The notes beneath the pieces were generated by a model that saw only the letters and a list, made by a program, of their open reading frames with translations, had not been told where the DNA came from and searched no databases. A stretch of DNA of 29,469 nt, from positions 1-29,469 of the forward strand of contig JBHICG010000043.1 of assembly GCA_046759445.1 (NCBI GenBank), given 5' to 3'. The stretch comes from Candidatus Scalinduaceae bacterium (GTDB taxonomy: Bacteria; Planctomycetota; Brocadiia; Brocadiales; Scalinduaceae). Positions 27,715 to 29,469 of the stretch are shown in pieces (position 1 is the stretch's first letter; every line of letters starts with the position of its first letter). Position numbers and translations under genes: made by a program.

Positions 27715-27886
27715 TCCTTTAATCCCTCCTTGTAAAGAGGCTGTGTCATAATTGCGAAAACACGTAATATGTCATTCTGAACTTGTTTCAGAATCTAATG
27801 ATTTCAATAACTTAAAAACCTATGAGATCCCGAAACAAGTTCGGGATGACAATTATGACTCAGCCTCAAAGGAGAGATTAAGGGGA
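27715..27886. repeat. Palindromic repeat interrupted by a 131-bp MITE-like element
   Basis: Outer arms TCCTTTAATCCCTCCTT and AAGGAGAGATTAAGGGGA enclose the insert; located between convergent genes. Confidence 0.75.
27737..27867. mobile_element. Non-autonomous MITE-like element with 18-bp terminal inverted repeats
   Basis: GAGGCTGTGTCATAATTG ... CAATTATGACTCAGCCTC (1 mismatch), AAA on both flanks, inner REP-like pair at 27771-27796 and 27825-27850. Confidence 0.65.
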
Positions 27887-27918
27887 GACATTATTATTAA
27901 AAATTGAAAGAATCCCAA

Positions 27919-29385
27919 TTAGTCTAAATAGCCCCCTATATTATCCAGTTGCACATTGCTTACGGCGATTTCTGGTGCAATCACTACTTCCTCAGCCCCC
28001 CATACCAGCATGGATTTTTTTTCTTCTGTAATTCCAATTATGTTATTGAGTATTGTTTTTATGTTAGTATTTATCCTGATAGTGTTAGGCTTAAAAGGAG
28101 CACCTATCTTTCCGTCCTTTATTAAAAAAGAATCAGCTATTATAGTACTCGTAAAGTCGCCCATCGCTAACCCGTTTATTGGGTAAGTGTACCATATCCT
28201 TCCTATATATACACCATCACCTACTTGATTAAGTAATTCTTCTTTAGATGTTTCGTTGTTTCCTTCTACTATCACGTTTGTTGGAGATATACCGGCCTTC
28301 AAATTATACTGTCTGCCCCCAGTCGAAAATCTGAAACCATTCCTTGGTTTTGGGTTATACAGATTGTTTTTAAATTTTTTTGCAAAATAATTATTTGCAA
28401 GAAAACCAACAAGGGTACCATTCATGATTAAATCCGTCCTCCCGGTTGGCAGACCCTCACAGGTAATTTTTTTACTCCCTATCTCTCCTCTTATTGACCC
28501 ATCATCGTAAATATTTAAGTTGGAAGAGGATATTTTTTGTCCGAGCATCCCCAGGAATGGCGTATTGGAAGCATTAACCGACATTAGATTTAAGGACGGC
28601 AGTAGAACGTGTGAAGCAATATCTGTGAGAGGTTGTCTTCCAAAGATGACATTGTGTCTTCCTGATTTAATTCTTTTTCCTCCGATAGTCCTTATTGCGC
28701 TTGAGGCAGCTTCTCTTCCAGCCTCTTCAGGCTTAAAAGATGCCAGGTGTGTGCTTGTATCACATCCAGCACCCTTAACATTTTCTTTCTCAACCATAGT
28801 AGTTATGTTTGCAGTAAGGACAGTAGACTCATCAAAGCTGTGTATTCCCCTTGTATTCTTTATTGCCATCCTTTCCTTTAGAATAGTGATATCTCCACCT
28901 ATGATGATCGATTCCATATATCCACCATTAATAAAAGTATCAAGAGAACCCTCAAGCGCTTGCCATCCCAGATTGATGGTATCTTCTGGACTGATTTCCA
29001 TAACTTTACTGTCATGATAGTTTTCTAAGGTTGGTTTATCCATTGGTTCTGGTAACATTCTGAAATCTGGATCGTATACCTTATTTCTTTTCGCCTTCAT
29101 AAGGGCTTCAAGGACACCTTTTCTTGTCAGGTCGTTTGTAACAGACCCGAATCCCACATTGATTCTCTTGCCAGTCTTGAATAAGGCAAGTACTCCAAGA
29201 CCATGGGATTGTGTAGATTTTGGTTCCTGTATTCCATTACAGGGAATGTCTGATGTGTAATTGATTCTTATTATGATTTGTTCGTTCCATGATGCAAAGA
29301 CCTCAACATCTATCACATCCTTCATGCCCTCTACGCATTTTAGGGCATCATCAACGGCAGTTTGTAAGTCTTCTATACTTACCAT
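27919..29385 (-). CDS. TldD/PmbA family protein, probably the PmbA/TldE subunit
   Basis: LGQKISSSNLNIYDDG, CEGLPT, GTLVGFL, SPTNV, GDFT, APEI. No HExxH motif seen. Confidence 0.85.
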   Translation of the reverse strand: MVSIEDLQTAVDDALKCVEGMKDVIDVEVFASWNEQIIIRINYTSDIPCNGIQEPKSTQSHGLGVLALFKTGKRINVGFGSVTNDLTRKGVLEALMKAKRNKVYDPDFRMLPEPMDKPTLENYHDSKVMEISPEDTINLGWQALEGSLDTFINGGYMESIIIGGDITILKERMAIKNTRGIHSFDESTVLTANITTMVEKENVKGAGCDTSTHLASFKPEEAGREAASSAIRTIGGKRIKSGRHNVIFGRQPLTDIASHVLLPSLNLMSVNASNTPFLGMLGQKISSSNLNIYDDGSIRGEIGSKKITCEGLPTGRTDLIMNGTLVGFLANNYFAKKFKNNLYNPKPRNGFRFSTGGRQYNLKAGISPTNVIVEGNNETSKEELLNQVGDGVYIGRIWYTYPINGLAMGDFTSTIIADSFLIKDGKIGAPFKPNTIRINTNIKTILNNIIGITEEKKSMLVWGAEEVVIAPEIAVSNVQLDNIGGYLD

Positions 29386-29413
29386 TTTTTATAAATTTGT
29401 GTAAAATCAGCAT

Positions 29414-29469
29414 ATCATTCTGAGGGAGTTTACGACCGAAGAATCTATAGGTCTATGAACAAGAGATTC
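29414..29469. repeat. REP-like palindromic repeat (TCATTCTGAG...GAAGAATCT family), cut by the window end
   Basis: ATCATTCTGAGGGAGTTTACGACCGAAGAATCT, then GAGATTC starting the inverted arm; same end words as the 27771 unit. Confidence 0.55.

Overview
AT-rich bacterial chromosomal window from a diderm (BamA, Skp, LpxC and LpxA are present). Gene content is compatible with an anammox-type Planctomycetota (Brocadiia), but that assignment is inference only. Left ~7.9 kb is accessory: a VapBC-type toxin-antitoxin pair (the 58-aa antitoxin is missing from the ORF track), a CBS gene plus four universal-stress-protein genes with a 512-bp-period tandem duplication, a fused WbpB/WbpD-like sugar oxidoreductase-acetyltransferase, and rfbF-rfbG. 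This block ends head-on at tRNA-Glu/tRNA-Lys. The centre (8.1-23.6 kb, minus strand) is a core cluster: prs-rplY-pth-rpsF-ssb-rpsR-rplI-dnaB-bamA-skp-lpxC-lpxA-(GnnA-like)-(radical SAM)-rpsB-tsf-pyrH-frr-tRNAs. The right end has mgtC, an exported FxLYD-like protein, an OYE-type flavoprotein with atypical active-site residues, a nested palindromic/MITE-like element and a PmbA/TldE gene. Most notable: an uncharacterised radical SAM enzyme coupled to an lpxA-gnnA-like unit whose LpxA has an altered HQF motif; an lpxC with no canonical start codon; a heavily decayed glmU remnant upstream of prs; a chimeric USP gene with a sharply localised hypervariable segment; and an unexplained ~100-nt structured element at 809-906. 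No CRISPR array, rRNA, integrase or transposase gene was seen.
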